A stretch of 62,973 nucleotides of DNA, filler included, from Aduncisulcus paluster (GCA_024181965.1; 11 parts of 11 records of this genome joined end to end with filler, not necessarily neighbours in it); one strand, 5' to 3'. Counted from the first letter of the whole stretch, positions 48,861-60,809 are shown. Made by a program: numbers and translations. The notes: generated by a model not told the origin, from the sequence alone.

Positions 48861-48933
48861 TACATCTCCTGGGACTTGAACCCAGGACTAGCAGTACAGC
48901 AGACAGCTGCCATACCAACTGAACCATATATGA
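48861..48933 (-). pseudogene. Degenerate tRNA or tRNA-derived Pol III unit (nominal anticodon GCT)
   Basis: A box TGGTTCAGTTGG, perfect T arm CTGGG-TTCAAGT-CCCAG, tRNA-like spacing and TTTT downstream. Acceptor, D and anticodon stems have mismatches and there is no long Ser-type variable arm. Confidence 0.6.
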
Positions 48934-49520
48934 CATTTTAATATTTTCATGATTGGATATCTAAAGGTGATCACCACACCCGGCCTTCTTTAATAAGAAA
49001 GCAATAACTAAACAGGTGAGCACTTAATTAAACAAAACAAATTAGTAACCATCATATCCGATAATAAAACGTCATAATACTCCTTAACCTAGAGATCTAA
49101 CACCAATACTATCACATCTCAATAACAAGCACTTTTCACAACTTCAATTAACAAAATACAATTCCAATTAAAATATATGTTCTCAACATAAATTTAACCT
49201 TATATAATTGACTGGGGCATGATTTAGATTTCAGATCGAAAACACAACGACCAAAAATAAATAGCTACAGTTGTATTTCAGGTCATCGATGTTTTACAAC
49301 TGTATACATTTGTATTACAACTTAAAATGCCTCTCAGCATACCTACATAAACATTCAAACACATTTATTTTCTTAGTGGAACTACTAGTTAGAGGAATAA
49401 TTAGTCAAATTACTTCCATTNNNNNNNNNNNNNNNNNNNNNNNNNNNNNNNNNNNNNNNNNNNNTTAATTAATTAANNNNNNNNNNNNNNNNNNNNNNNN
49501 NNNNNNNNNNNNNNNNNNNN

Positions 49521-50484
49521 CAATAGATCCGTCTTCTCCGTGCCTTCGACTGGAGAGAGAGTGAGAAGGAGTCTTTTGTATCCATAAATCCCGATTCCAA
49601 TCCTTCAAAAGATCACATTTGTTTAGAAATACAACGACACTAACCTTCTTTACATGCATTTCTTTCTTTGTAAATGAAACGATTGGCCATACGTAACCTC
49701 TCTTGGGATGAAATATTAGGGTAGAAATATGATCAGGCGTAATAATAGATTTTGGGGGGATTTTGAGAATCCTCGCGGCAATATCATGTCTATACACTCT
49801 ATCTTCAGACAATCTGGCACCCAGGGCATCGACTCCGACCATACAGACAAAACAAGATTTGTATTTCTTGGAGGATTGTGATTGATACTGGTATGAGAAG
49901 GAATGAGGAAATTTCGTAGGAATAACGGGATCTCTATATGATAATGCAGCTTTTAAAGGCTTTCCACGGGCGCCATCAGCTTCAACAATGACTACGTCGA
50001 CCAAATTACTATCCAAAAGATCGCATGCCAATTGCGGACTTGTACCCTGTTCTTTACCATCATATAGACCCGAAGAAATGAAACCAACGATGCCCAATGG
50101 TATTTCCAATAATTCTTCTGACGTGGAATGTCTTGAATAAAGAGTCGACCCAGGGAGATCTGATTTTGATTTTTGTTTGTGAAGCTTGGAATATCCTTGT
50201 TGAGAACGCTGTTTCTGCATGAGTAAACGCTTTGATGCAATCATATTTAAATTCTCTTTAAAAGTAAGAGTGGAATCATAAATGACAGAATCTCTAACAA
50301 CAAAATCAACACAACGGTGAGTTGTGGGTGATACTTGACGCATTTTAGTAGTTGTTGTAATTGCTACAACCCTTCCAAGAGCCTTAAACTTCTCAGCAAG
50401 TGCGAAAACTAAGGAGGTTTTCCCACCTCCACCAACTATCGAAATGATATCATAACCAGCAAAAAGATCGAGAGTATCAGGCAT
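49521..50484 (-). CDS. yqeC: YqeC-like selenium-dependent molybdenum hydroxylase accessory protein, 3'-truncated
   Basis: Ordered YqeC motifs ISIVGGGGKTSLVFALA, VAITTTTKM, DVVIVEADGARGKPLKA, DPVIP, VGVDALG, RVYRH, LIFHPKRG, VVFLNKCD. Likely start is ATG 50484. Confidence 0.85.
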
Positions 50485-50718
50485 TAAAAATATGATTGAT
50501 GAAATAAACTTTATGAGGGTATTTTGAAGCCAGAGAAAAATGATCTGGAAACCCATGATTCTAGCCGCCGTAATTCATCGTATTATCAATATTATTCTGA
50601 TCTCACAAAATGAGATACTGAAAAATTAACGATTTTTACTTCCTACTTTTTCAACATTGAACTCTTTTTTTTTTTCATGTCAGTAATACGATATTGATTT
50701 CAAAGATTTTCTCTTTAA

Positions 50719-53243
50719 TTATTCTGACCAAATATAAGAACCTGGCTTTGTCCGAGGAAGTCCCAACCCTCCATCGCGTTCAGCTTCTCCCAAGAATGCA
50801 CTTGACACTCCACCGAGCACTCTTTCTCTTTCTCTTTCCCTTTCTCCAAATCCTGAAAGAGCTGAAGCGGCAGCAGCGAGATTCCCACCAACATTTCCAA
50901 TTCCACCCATCAAAGCATGCAACCCGCCACTTCTTTCCTCCTTCTTCTGCCCAAAGATCTGATCAACACTCTCTCTCACTCTCCTAACCATTTCTTCAGT
51001 CTCCTCTTCTCCTTCTCCTCCAATTTGCCGCATCACGGCATCGATACGACGCACAAGATCGTGACGGTCGGTCTCACCAGCAAATAAATCATACATATGG
51101 GGAACAATAACATCCAAAAGCAATTCGACAACAACTTTTTGCCTCTTAACTCGCTTCAAGCACATGGAAGCACGTTCTTCAGCAGCTTTTACACGCTCTT
51201 CAAGCAACGAGATGATATCTGTTTCTTCACCGTCCATCACAGGGCTTGAGAATGGAGAGGATGATGTTGTGGCTCTAATTCCATGTTTCTTGCCACTAGT
51301 TTTTGATTTGGAAGCTTTAGTCAACATAACCTTACTTTTCTCTAGGCGTTCAAACTCCTCGCGTAAATAAGATCTTAAGGGAGTGAAAATATCGAGGAAT
51401 GAAGGGACGATTCTATACACATTCGTCTCTTTCTTTTTACCAGTTAACTTATTCCTCACAGTTACACCTTCTTCCGTGCGAGTGAAACGTTTTTTCCAAT
51501 GAATCTTGCTCATTTCACTTACATATGAGTGCATTGGAGACAGTGAGAGTGTCTTAGAACATACATAGAGATAACGATTGGAGAAAATCTTGTTTTTGCT
51601 AAAGAACATCACAACCACGTGACAAGGACCAACAATAACATTGTCTTCGTTGTATTTGGACTCTTGGAATTGCTCAAAACTCCCTTTTCCATGGTCACCA
51701 TACCTCCCAGCGGTATCCTCATCCTCCTCAACGACTGTCCCGTCACATTGAATGCTTATTCCAGAAGGGTGCATGTGAGTACTCTCAGAAATATTGCCTT
51801 CAGAATAATCTCTCTCGTATTCATCTTGTTTCATCACCATTAAGGAGACTTTGTTGCCCCCACGTTTTGAACGACGACTAGGTTTTCCAAACACAAGAAC
51901 TTCATCTTTTCCAATGTACATCCCTCGAATACTCTCGATGTGAGCAATTACTGTGTGATCGAAGGGATGAGGAAGGAGATCGCCGACGAGTTCTTTGAGT
52001 TTTGGATCCTTGAGACGATTATCGAGCAATAACTGAGTGTTTGTGAAGACATGAGGGAAGAAATTGGCGATTCCTGGTGTTGCTTGTGATGAAATTGAAA
52101 GGCTAGCCGAAGGTGGAGTATATTCATGAGAGGTTGAAGATGAATCGGTGCCAAGGTTCGAAGGAGATGTAGAGGGATTTGTGGAATGGAGTAAAGATTC
52201 AACCATATCCTCTTCATTCTCTTCTTCTTCTTCTTCTTCAGACTCGTCACTTTCCTCTTCCTCTTCCTCTTCCTCTTCCTCCTCTTCGCTTTCTTCAACA
52301 CCCATCCCGAGGAGACTGTCTCGAAGGCCTGCAACAGCACTGCGATCTTCACCATGCTCNNNNNNNNNNNNNNNNNNNNGTTCGAAGGAGATGTAGAGGG
52401 ATTTGTGGAATGGAGTAAAGATTCAACCATATCCTCTTCATTCTCTTCTTCTTCTTCTTCTTCAGACTCGTCACTTTCCTCTTCCTCTTCCTCTTCCTCT
52501 TCCTCCTCTTCGCTTTCTTCAACACCCATCCCGAGGAGACTGTCTCGAAGGCCTGCAACAGCACTGCGATCTTCACCATGCTCATAAGTCAGAATGGGCT
52601 CAGCAAATTCCATGAGTTCAGCATCAAGCTCGGTGGCATCGGGGTCTTTGCCTTGAAGGAAAGCATTCCGTCTGGTGGCACATTCAGAAAGAGCAGTAGA
52701 ATAAACTGCTTCAGCTCTTGCAATGGCATCATTTCTTTCGCGAGTTAGCTCTTCAATATCACGGTCAATGCGACGAAGAGCAGCACATCGTTTGACGACG
52801 GCTTCAGTGGGTTTTTCTCCAAGACCTTTACGCAAAGCGGTTGTTAATTTTTGTTTTAAATGATCAACGACTTCACCAACAAGAAGGGCAGCCTGGTGGT
52901 GCGGAGCAGGAGCATTTGGAAGGTTAGGAACAGAAGAAGGGGGAGCCATGATCCCAGAAGGAAGAAGGTTAAATTCATCTCCTAAATGTACGATAGGTTT
53001 AGAAGAAATATGTGAACTTCCGCTTCTGGAAGAGGGTGAAAAAGCTCCAGGTGAAGCGACACCAAAAGGAAGCTCAGCAATGGTCTCAACGAGATGTTGT
53101 TGCGGGGAATGGGGTTCTTCAACGGGAATATATTCGGAAAGCAGTGGTGGATTCTCAGTTTCCCGTTCTCCTTCACTCTGGATATCAGAACACTCTTCAT
53201 AATCGAGAGAATCAATATCTTTGAATAAGTTTGTTTGATTCAT
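50719..53243 (-). CDS. Divergent nucleosome assembly protein (NAP1/SET family); one gene split by a gap artefact
   Basis: Dimerisation helix ...YSTALSECATRRNAFLQG, GIANFFPHVFTN, FFSKNKIFSNRYL, IHWKK, SFLDIFTP, IVPHMYDLFAGE. Confidence 0.7.
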
Positions 53244-54336
53244 GTAATTTGGTTCGGTAAAATGTTTATGGCTATATAATCCAAAAACAGTGTTATACAG
53301 AAACGAGGTCGAAACAATTAGTGCACAAAGAGTTGGATATAGAGATTTTATTGTTGCTTATTAAATTATAGTTCAAATAAAAATAGAGTAAAATGATATT
53401 TAATTCACAAATTATTTTCGTTTTTTTTTGTGACGAATCGAAAATCACATTTTTTTAGATCACTTCTGCTAAAAAATACTGTCCAAGAAAGAAAATTTCA
53501 TTCATGAATGTTAATATAATCTTCCCGCTGATATTATCTCCCTTGAATTACGAGATTCTATGACTCATAGATCTTTCGGAAAGATTTAATTTTATTGGCC
53601 ATTTCCAAAGCGTGGAGCACATCTTTTAGGTCAGAAATAACTATCCGCTCTATTGAACCTTTTATCACAATGCATGTTAATCTCATCCGCTGCCTTCCTT
53701 TACAAGCAATGCTTTTCACACACTTATCATGCTTTTTGAATGAAAATGTTATCATTATATCATATACTACTCATTGTAGATGAAGATAGCCTCTCAAAGA
53801 AAAAGAAGGATTTACTTGTTCAGTTGCTTGTTCTGTTCTCCTTCAATTCTAAGACATGTAAGCATCCACTTGACAAGGAATATCAATCAGAAGTTTATCT
53901 CTTGTGCGCCGATCTGTGACAAATCATCTGTCTTCCCTTGCTTCAACGATTTCTCTTCGAGCTAACTGGGAGAACCGTTCTCCAGAGGTGACCTCTCCAC
54001 CGGATTTAAGTTTTTTAACGTTCATGAAAATTTATTCTGAACAGAGCTGACAGCGATGAGTATAATCATTATGCTACATCATAATCATGTTGAGTCAACA
54101 TTGTTATATGGGCTAACCAAGCGATACGATTTGGAGAATAATATATTATAATATATAACAAAAGTTGATAAATAAAATCAATTTACTCAATAATGGATCA
54201 TAATTTATGGTCTTAGATGATCTATTTTCCAAAAATAATCTGGTTTGAAAATTAAAAGACGTTAGATCTAACGTAATTAAGGATTCGTTATTAAATCATC
54301 ATTATTACAGAATATTCACAGTTTATTCAACCTATT

Positions 54337-56406
54337 TTAACTACAAAACACCATAACCTCAAGTCTTTGAGCGATTGCTTTCACCCATTTGACAAAAATT
54401 TCCTTTGTAGGTGCTGTAAGATGCAACATCCTTTGACTTGTGCACAATGTTATCTTCAATGACGCATCATTATCATCAGAACAGCGATCACACACTCCAC
54501 TCATCTCGATGACATCAAGAAGAGTCTGTCCACTCACAGATACTGAGGAAGAAGGACAGGAATCGGCATCATATACATGAGACAAACGATGGGAAGCATT
54601 TCCAAGGAAGAGTTTCTTAATATGGGAGAGAGAAACAACACCACTCGGCTTTCCACGCTCTCTTCTAGTCCACACAAGCTTATCTTGGTGTGACGTCGTC
54701 AGAGCAACTCTAAAGAACCGTGTTTGAGATTTTATCTGGCCAGATTCCTTATCCTTAGACGTTTTTATGAATGGGGTTGGAGTACGCAAGATCTTTGGAA
54801 TTGCTTGTCTCTCTGCCTCAGATTCTATATCTTTGGTTATATCTTTCTTTACATCTTCTGACTTTTCCTTTGTTCTTTCTTCTCTCTCATCCCCCTCTCT
54901 CTTCTTCTCTTCCTCTCCTTTGTGTGGGATTCCAGATGTAACCTTTGTACTATGAGAAGAGGAAGAAGGAACAGATATAACTCTGGTGGGGATAGAAACT
55001 CTATCATATACGACCGTAGTCGATTGGGATGATAACGGTCGGTCTCGAGTAGCGAATATGTCCAAATCATCTCGTAAGGGTCTTTTTCTATCAAGATCAA
55101 CATTAGTTTCGATAGAAATACTGTTTCCAGAGCCGAGAATACCACTCTTTGATGATACTGTACTCTCAATTTGTCCATGGTGTTGGTCATCTTTTTGGAG
55201 AGATTGGAGAGATTGATTCGTATTTATATTATTACTATATATAGAACTCTGAGAAAGTGTTGAAACAAATGGTTTTGATGTGGGAGCAAAAGATCTCGAA
55301 AACTTATCCTCAGAGCCAATAATAGTCTGAGATTGAGAAAATCTTTTGCGCATTTCAGACATCTTTTCATCCAAGTGGCGCAATTCTTCGACTTCCCTCT
55401 TGATTCTGGGTGTTTTTTCAACAATGGGATTTGAAAGGAAATACGAAATGCCACGCTCTTCGTGTCTATCTTGAGATGTTTCTAACCCCCTTTCTTCTTC
55501 TTCTCTCTCTCTTCTTTCTTCTTCTCTAATCTCCTCTTCTCTCTCTTCTTCTTCATCCAAGGGTTCATTACGATCAGAATGAAGTCTTGATGATGGAGAC
55601 CAAAGATGGCTAAATTTGGATGAGAAAGTATTATTGTTATTAATTGTGGTCCTAAAAATAGAAGAGGAAGAGAATTGATCTGGCTGAACTGAAGAAGTTG
55701 AAGCAGGGTTCCAGGCACCTTCTTTCTTCTTTCCGAGAATACTCAATTCAACCATGGCTTCTCTCTGGGTCTTTAAAAGAGCCTCCCATCGATCTCCAAA
55801 GTCCTCCTTTCCAAAATCAGAAGTCGATTCGTGGTCTTTTCTTTCAATTATGTGTTGTGAACCTCGTTGCAATTCAATTTCTTTCTGTTGAACAGCCAAT
55901 TCTCTTTGCATTAACTCCTCTTCAAGTTGGGCAACATATGTTTCCCGTTCAGATGTTTGACTAATCCTTGATGTGAGCTGAGTTTCTCTCTCCGAAAGCT
56001 CGGCTTCCCGTTTTGATAGTTGTTCTTCTCTTTCGGAGATACTTTTCTCACGAATTTCGATCTCTTGGATTTTTTTCTCAATATACTTCTCAGTTTCATC
56101 AAGAAAATCTTTACCATGATAAGATTCTTCAAAATGATGCTCTAATTTTGGTTTGTGCTCCTGAGTGTCTTCATTTTTCGATGTATGCTGAGGGGAGGAT
56201 AATGTCGAGGATGAATACATTTTCCCGGGCATTTTGGTTCCTGCAAATAAACTTTGACGGCTAATTTCTAACTGATTTCCAGTCATTGTACCAATGGGAG
56301 ATGGAGGATGGACAATGGGAGTAGTTGGAATGGCGCCTCCCTTTATTTTAATTCCATTTATGGCTGATGGAATGGGAGACCGTGGGAAATAATCATCGGA
56401 TATCAT
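54337..56406 (-). CDS. Coiled-coil protein with a C-terminal PH domain
   Basis: Heptad repeats; PFIKT...TRFFRV...KLVWT...ITLCTSQRMLHLTAPTKEIFVKWVKAI PH terminus. Confidence 0.7.
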   Translation of the reverse strand: MISDDYFPRSPIPSAINGIKIKGGAIPTTPIVHPPSPIGTMTGNQLEISRQSLFAGTKMPGKMYSSSTLSSPQHTSKNEDTQEHKPKLEHHFEESYHGKDFLDETEKYIEKKIQEIEIREKSISEREEQLSKREAELSERETQLTSRISQTSERETYVAQLEEELMQRELAVQQKEIELQRGSQHIIERKDHESTSDFGKEDFGDRWEALLKTQREAMVELSILGKKKEGAWNPASTSSVQPDQFSSSSIFRTTINNNNTFSSKFSHLWSPSSRLHSDRNEPLDEEEEREEEIREEERREREEEERGLETSQDRHEERGISYFLSNPIVEKTPRIKREVEELRHLDEKMSEMRKRFSQSQTIIGSEDKFSRSFAPTSKPFVSTLSQSSIYSNNINTNQSLQSLQKDDQHHGQIESTVSSKSGILGSGNSISIETNVDLDRKRPLRDDLDIFATRDRPLSSQSTTVVYDRVSIPTRVISVPSSSSHSTKVTSGIPHKGEEEKKREGDEREERTKEKSEDVKKDITKDIESEAERQAIPKILRTPTPFIKTSKDKESGQIKSQTRFFRVALTTSHQDKLVWTRRERGKPSGVVSLSHIKKLFLGNASHRLSHVYDADSCPSSSVSVSGQTLLDVIEMSGVCDRCSDDNDASLKITLCTSQRMLHLTAPTKEIFVKWVKAIAQRLEVMVFCS

Positions 56407-57973
56407 GCAAATTGGTAGTTTTCTTTGTTACAAAGAAATATCTTTGTTGCAGGAATTTTCATTTCTGAAAATAAACATTATATCTATATTATAATACAAT
56501 TTTTATATTTATTTTAATTGTATCCTGATATTTCACGCAAACATATTTTTGTGTCGATTCAGGTGGATCCAATCGTATTTATGACAATTCCAACATTAAT
56601 AAAATGAAATTTCATTCTTTTTTAACGAATAAAACATTTGGTACCAATATTAGTAATGCTTTATTCAACGATTCAGCTTCGTCAGTTTTTTTTGTTACAT
56701 ATTGATATTATTTCAAAGCAATTGCCGACAAATACATTGTTGCTGATTGTTTTTAACTGAAATATCAAATTTCAACGTCGAAATATGATGTTTTATGCCC
56801 TTTCATGAGATGAGTTTTTTATCGATGAGAATAAGAGTATAAAACACGATAAAACATCGAGTTCCGGGTCAAAAACATTTTGTGGAGCAAATGTCATGGT
56901 TTTATTGATTTGATTCCCCTCTTTATACTGTGCCTTCATAACATCTTCATTGTCCAACCTCTCAAGAATATTTTTCCAAATAATTCCCAATATTCCTGGA
57001 ATATTACGATAAAAACATGCTTTAAACCATTGCAACTCGGTATCCATGCCATTATTCTTCATCTAATGCTTGTTGTTGTTTATCAATGATATATGTTTGA
57101 TTTTCGAACCTTTTGACACCGTATTGTTCTTTTTTATTGTCATATAACTGAACTCAAACGTTTGTTATTTGCCATACTACTCCCTAAAATATTGCTACAA
57201 ATATAAAACACTCAACTTTCTGGTTCTATCCGTTTCTCCTGGTTTCCACCCATTGTCTCTGAAAGTTATTGAGAAAATGACACAACTACCCCTCGCTTAA
57301 CTCATTTGAATCTCGAATATCACATCAATAGCATCAATGACATAATGCTATTTCCCAATCTGTGTGTCACATCATCTTATTCTTGGACGATGATTCTTGA
57401 TTCGTGATCTTTCCTTTGTTTTGCCGAATCCAAGCTTTTTCCTTCCTTCTCTCTCTCTCTCTGAACAGTTCAAACAACATAAGAAGAGAACTTGATCTGC
57501 CCAATGAACTTGATTCTTTTATTTTCTGCCAATCTATGTAGTAAATTTCCCCCCTTTTACCCCCATCCGTGGGGGTTCCCCCTGTACGGTGGTTGCACTG
57601 TACATTTCTTTATTATATTTTTTTTCCAAAAAACAACAACAAAAAAATACAAACTTTCCACCGGCGGTGGCTGAGAAAAGTGGGGGAACCTCTACCAAAA
57701 AAATATTATCTGATTNNNNNNNNNNNNNNNNNNNNATCTCGAATATCACATAAATAGCATCAATGACATAATGCTATTTCCCAATCTGTGTGTCACATCA
57801 TCTTATTCTTGGACGATGATTCTTGATTCGTGATCTTTCCTTTGTTTTGCCGAATCCAAGCTTTTTCCTTCCTTCTCTCTCTCTCTCTCTGAACAGTTCA
57901 AACAACATAAGAAGAGAACTTGATCTGCCCAATGAACTTGATTCTTTTATTTTCTGCCAATCTATGTAGTAAA

Positions 57974-58123
57974 TTTCCCCCCTTTTACCCCCATCCGTGG
58001 GGGTTCCCCCTGTACGGTGGTTGCACTGTACATTTCTTTATTATATTTTTTTTCCAAAAAACAACAACAAAAAAATACAAACTTTCCACCGGCGGTGGCT
58101 GAGAAAAGTGGGGGAACCTCTAC
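57974..58123 (+). ncRNA. Putative structured RNA element (multi-arm junction); the copy at about 57546-57695 is a gap artefact
   Basis: 14-bp closing stem 57997-58010/58110-58123 (2 G-U), 9-bp hairpin 58011-58032 (1 G-U) and arm 58081-58109. All wobble pairs are G-U on the + strand. Confidence 0.45.
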
Positions 58124-58338
58124 CAAAAAAATATTATCTGATTCTTTGGTTTGTTCCTAAAAAAAATTTTTTTAAAAAAAAGTTGTTCTATTTTTACATG
58201 GTGCGTGTATTGATTGATCTGTGATATATATACATATAAAGATTATTTTTGTTTGTGCTATATTTCATATTGGCATATCTGAATAATGAATAAACAGACC
58301 TGTCACGCAACCCCGTTTTGCTCACATTAAACAATTCC

Positions 58339-60054
58339 ATGCTCACAAAAACTTCGGAAAGGCAAAGAAGAGTATTCACTTACCTTCAAGGTATTCGCGG
58401 TATAACTTCAATTGTCATTGCCATCACCCATATGCATACAGCATCCGTTCTCATTCCAACGGGGGAATATAACCTGCCCGCCCGCTATACTCAAGGGTTA
58501 ACTGCTCAGCCTTTTCCTTTATCAATGGTAAAAGGTGATCTTCGTGTCTTTATGGTTATCTTCCACGTTCTGGTTGGTTTTTTCTGCTGTCGGGAAATTC
58601 TTTCAACTACCCCTTCATTCAAAGCCTATTTGAAGTATGTTGTGAAGCGTTATCTTCGTTTATGGCTCCCTACCCTTCCTATCCTTGCCCAATGGGCCTG
58701 GAGCAAGTCTCAACAACTCCCCCTGAATGCTCCCATTTTCCCGTTGTCCCCCTGGTGGAATTTAACTTTACTCCCCGCTTTCATCTCATTCTACATCATT
58801 CCCCCTGGTTTTATGTGGAGCATTGCCGCTGACACGATCTGTGCCATTTTCCTGCCCCCAATCCTGTGGATGTGTCAAAAGGTCACCAAAAAGGTCGGTG
58901 GAATGTTTTCCGTGCGTGGAATTGTTTTTTGTTCCCTCTTATTCCTTGTAATCACAACTCCTTTCGTCATTTTGAACATTGTATGGAAAACACCCAAAAT
59001 GTTCGATCCAAACACTGACAAAGTCATCATGTTAACTTGTTCGGCTGCCTATAGTTTCGCTCCAATCAAATTCCTTGGTTATTTCCTCGGTGTTATCATT
59101 TGGTCTATCTTCTCTGCATATTTGGAGAAGAATGATCCTCTCCAGGCAGTTGTGAAGGACGAAAAGATCCCCGAAAGTGTTGTTGAGACTGATGAAGCCG
59201 ATGAAGCCATTGAAGAAATTCCTGCTGATATTTCTGAAGAAAAAGAACAAGAACTTGAAGAACAAGAAGAACCTCTAACAGTTGATGAAACAGTTGATGA
59301 AACAGTTGATGAACATGATGATGTTGTTGAACAAGTTAAGGAGGTCACACCAGAGAGAGAAGGAGAGGAAGGAGAGAAGAAAGAGGAAGATGTTACTGGG
59401 AATGAGGAAACTCCCAATGTTAAACCTCATCTTGACATCTCCCTGAATCCCCTAACCACCATTCCTTCCTTGAAATCCCTCTCTGCTAGGAAAAATGAGA
59501 TCTCCTTGGATTGTTCATCTCCCAAATCTTCTGCTTTCCCTATTCTTAACTCTTTCGTGTCTATTCTGTACGATATTGTCACCTTCTCTGTTGTTATCTT
59601 TGGTTTAATCGTGCGTGAGTTCCTTTCTTCACAAAACGATATCACGATGACTCATGAAAGACGTTTATTCGATATATTTGCTGGTCGCATTATTTCTGGA
59701 CTTATCTTGACTATTGGTATTATTATTATGCCTCTGTTCAAACCATACTCCATGTCCAATCCTATTCTATCCATTGGAGGTTCTTATATCTTCAAGAAGC
59801 TCGGTGATATCTCATATTCAACTTACCTTATTCAAGTTACGGTATACGAGTTTGTGTGGATACGTAGTGGACTTGTTGCTCGTGTTTTCGATGGTTCTTT
59901 GGCACCTTGGCTTGATGCTGCCCACCCTATTGGGTTTAACTTTCTCAGATGTGCTCTATTTTTATCCGTAGTTACCGCATCTGCTCTCTACCATGTCTCT
60001 TATGAGAAACATGTCGGGAAAATTGGGAAAAAGATTGTATCTCTCTTCCATTAA
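58339..60054 (+). CDS. Acyltransferase-3 (OafA/NRF-6-type) multi-pass membrane protein
   Basis: YLQGIRGI...ITH, FHVLVGF, KRYLRLW, WSIAAD, LGDISYSTYLIQ, YHVSYEK; acidic loop of about 100 aa. Confidence 0.85.
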   Translation: MLTKTSERQRRVFTYLQGIRGITSIVIAITHMHTASVLIPTGEYNLPARYTQGLTAQPFPLSMVKGDLRVFMVIFHVLVGFFCCREILSTTPSFKAYLKYVVKRYLRLWLPTLPILAQWAWSKSQQLPLNAPIFPLSPWWNLTLLPAFISFYIIPPGFMWSIAADTICAIFLPPILWMCQKVTKKVGGMFSVRGIVFCSLLFLVITTPFVILNIVWKTPKMFDPNTDKVIMLTCSAAYSFAPIKFLGYFLGVIIWSIFSAYLEKNDPLQAVVKDEKIPESVVETDEADEAIEEIPADISEEKEQELEEQEEPLTVDETVDETVDEHDDVVEQVKEVTPEREGEEGEKKEEDVTGNEETPNVKPHLDISLNPLTTIPSLKSLSARKNEISLDCSSPKSSAFPILNSFVSILYDIVTFSVVIFGLIVREFLSSQNDITMTHERRLFDIFAGRIISGLILTIGIIIMPLFKPYSMSNPILSIGGSYIFKKLGDISYSTYLIQVTVYEFVWIRSGLVARVFDGSLAPWLDAAHPIGFNFLRCALFLSVVTASALYHVSYEKHVGKIGKKIVSLFH

Positions 60055-60809
60055 GATCTAATGGAATTTCAATAATGATGTTTTTTATTTTTATTTTTTT
60101 ATTTTTTTTAATGAATTTTGTTTTTCTTTTATTCGGTGAATGGTGAACAATTTAAGCTGATGGAATTAATACTTTTGTTCACGCCTTCTCTCTATCTCTC
60201 TCCCTTTGTCTTTTTTGATTATTGCTCTCAAAATGCTTTTTAAATATCTTATGTTATATTTGATTCTATAATGCATTGGTATTTTGTTTGGTTTTATTAT
60301 ATTTTTTTATTATTTTGTATCAACAGTTTGTCAAGAAGAAAAAAAAAAAGTCCACAATAATGAATATATTTGTATTCAAATACATTTTGTGGATGTTATC
60401 CTTAATTTAATTTTTCTTCTCATTTTCTATTTTTATACTATAAAAACTTTATGGTATTATTATGAACAATTATGAATACGATTGATGGTCATTTTTTGCT
60501 CCTTTTCTCCTCTCCTTTGCCTTACAACCTTAATAATCTTGGTTTTTATTTTTGATATATACTGGTCCTTTAATAATGTAACTTTTCCCCTGAATTATGA
60601 TGAGTAAAGTTCGGTCTTTGTTGATTTTTTTGACGAGCTCTTTTGATTTGGGATGATCCAATTTCCGTTTCAAGGGTGCCCACTCTTGATTGGTTCGTCG
60701 GGAAGCCCATTCCTCTGTTCTCTAAGATGTCTTATTTCCACCACCTGATCGTGCGCTCCTTCTCCCTAATAAGGATGGCTTGAGTGTTAATGGTTGTGTT
60801 ACCAACCCC

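Noticed and set aside
1-50484. XDH and yqeC as a physically linked cluster
   Set aside because: They are on different scaffolds separated by ten artificial linkers.
53558-54030. Small ORFs between the NAP1-like and PH-domain genes (also 56793-57062)
   Set aside because: They are short, interrupted and lack recognisable motifs, so they cannot be supported as genes.
58095-58123. TPP riboswitch suggested by GGCTGAGA...AACCT
   Set aside because: It lacks the ACCTGAT / TAAT / GCGNAGG pyrophosphate-sensing arm.
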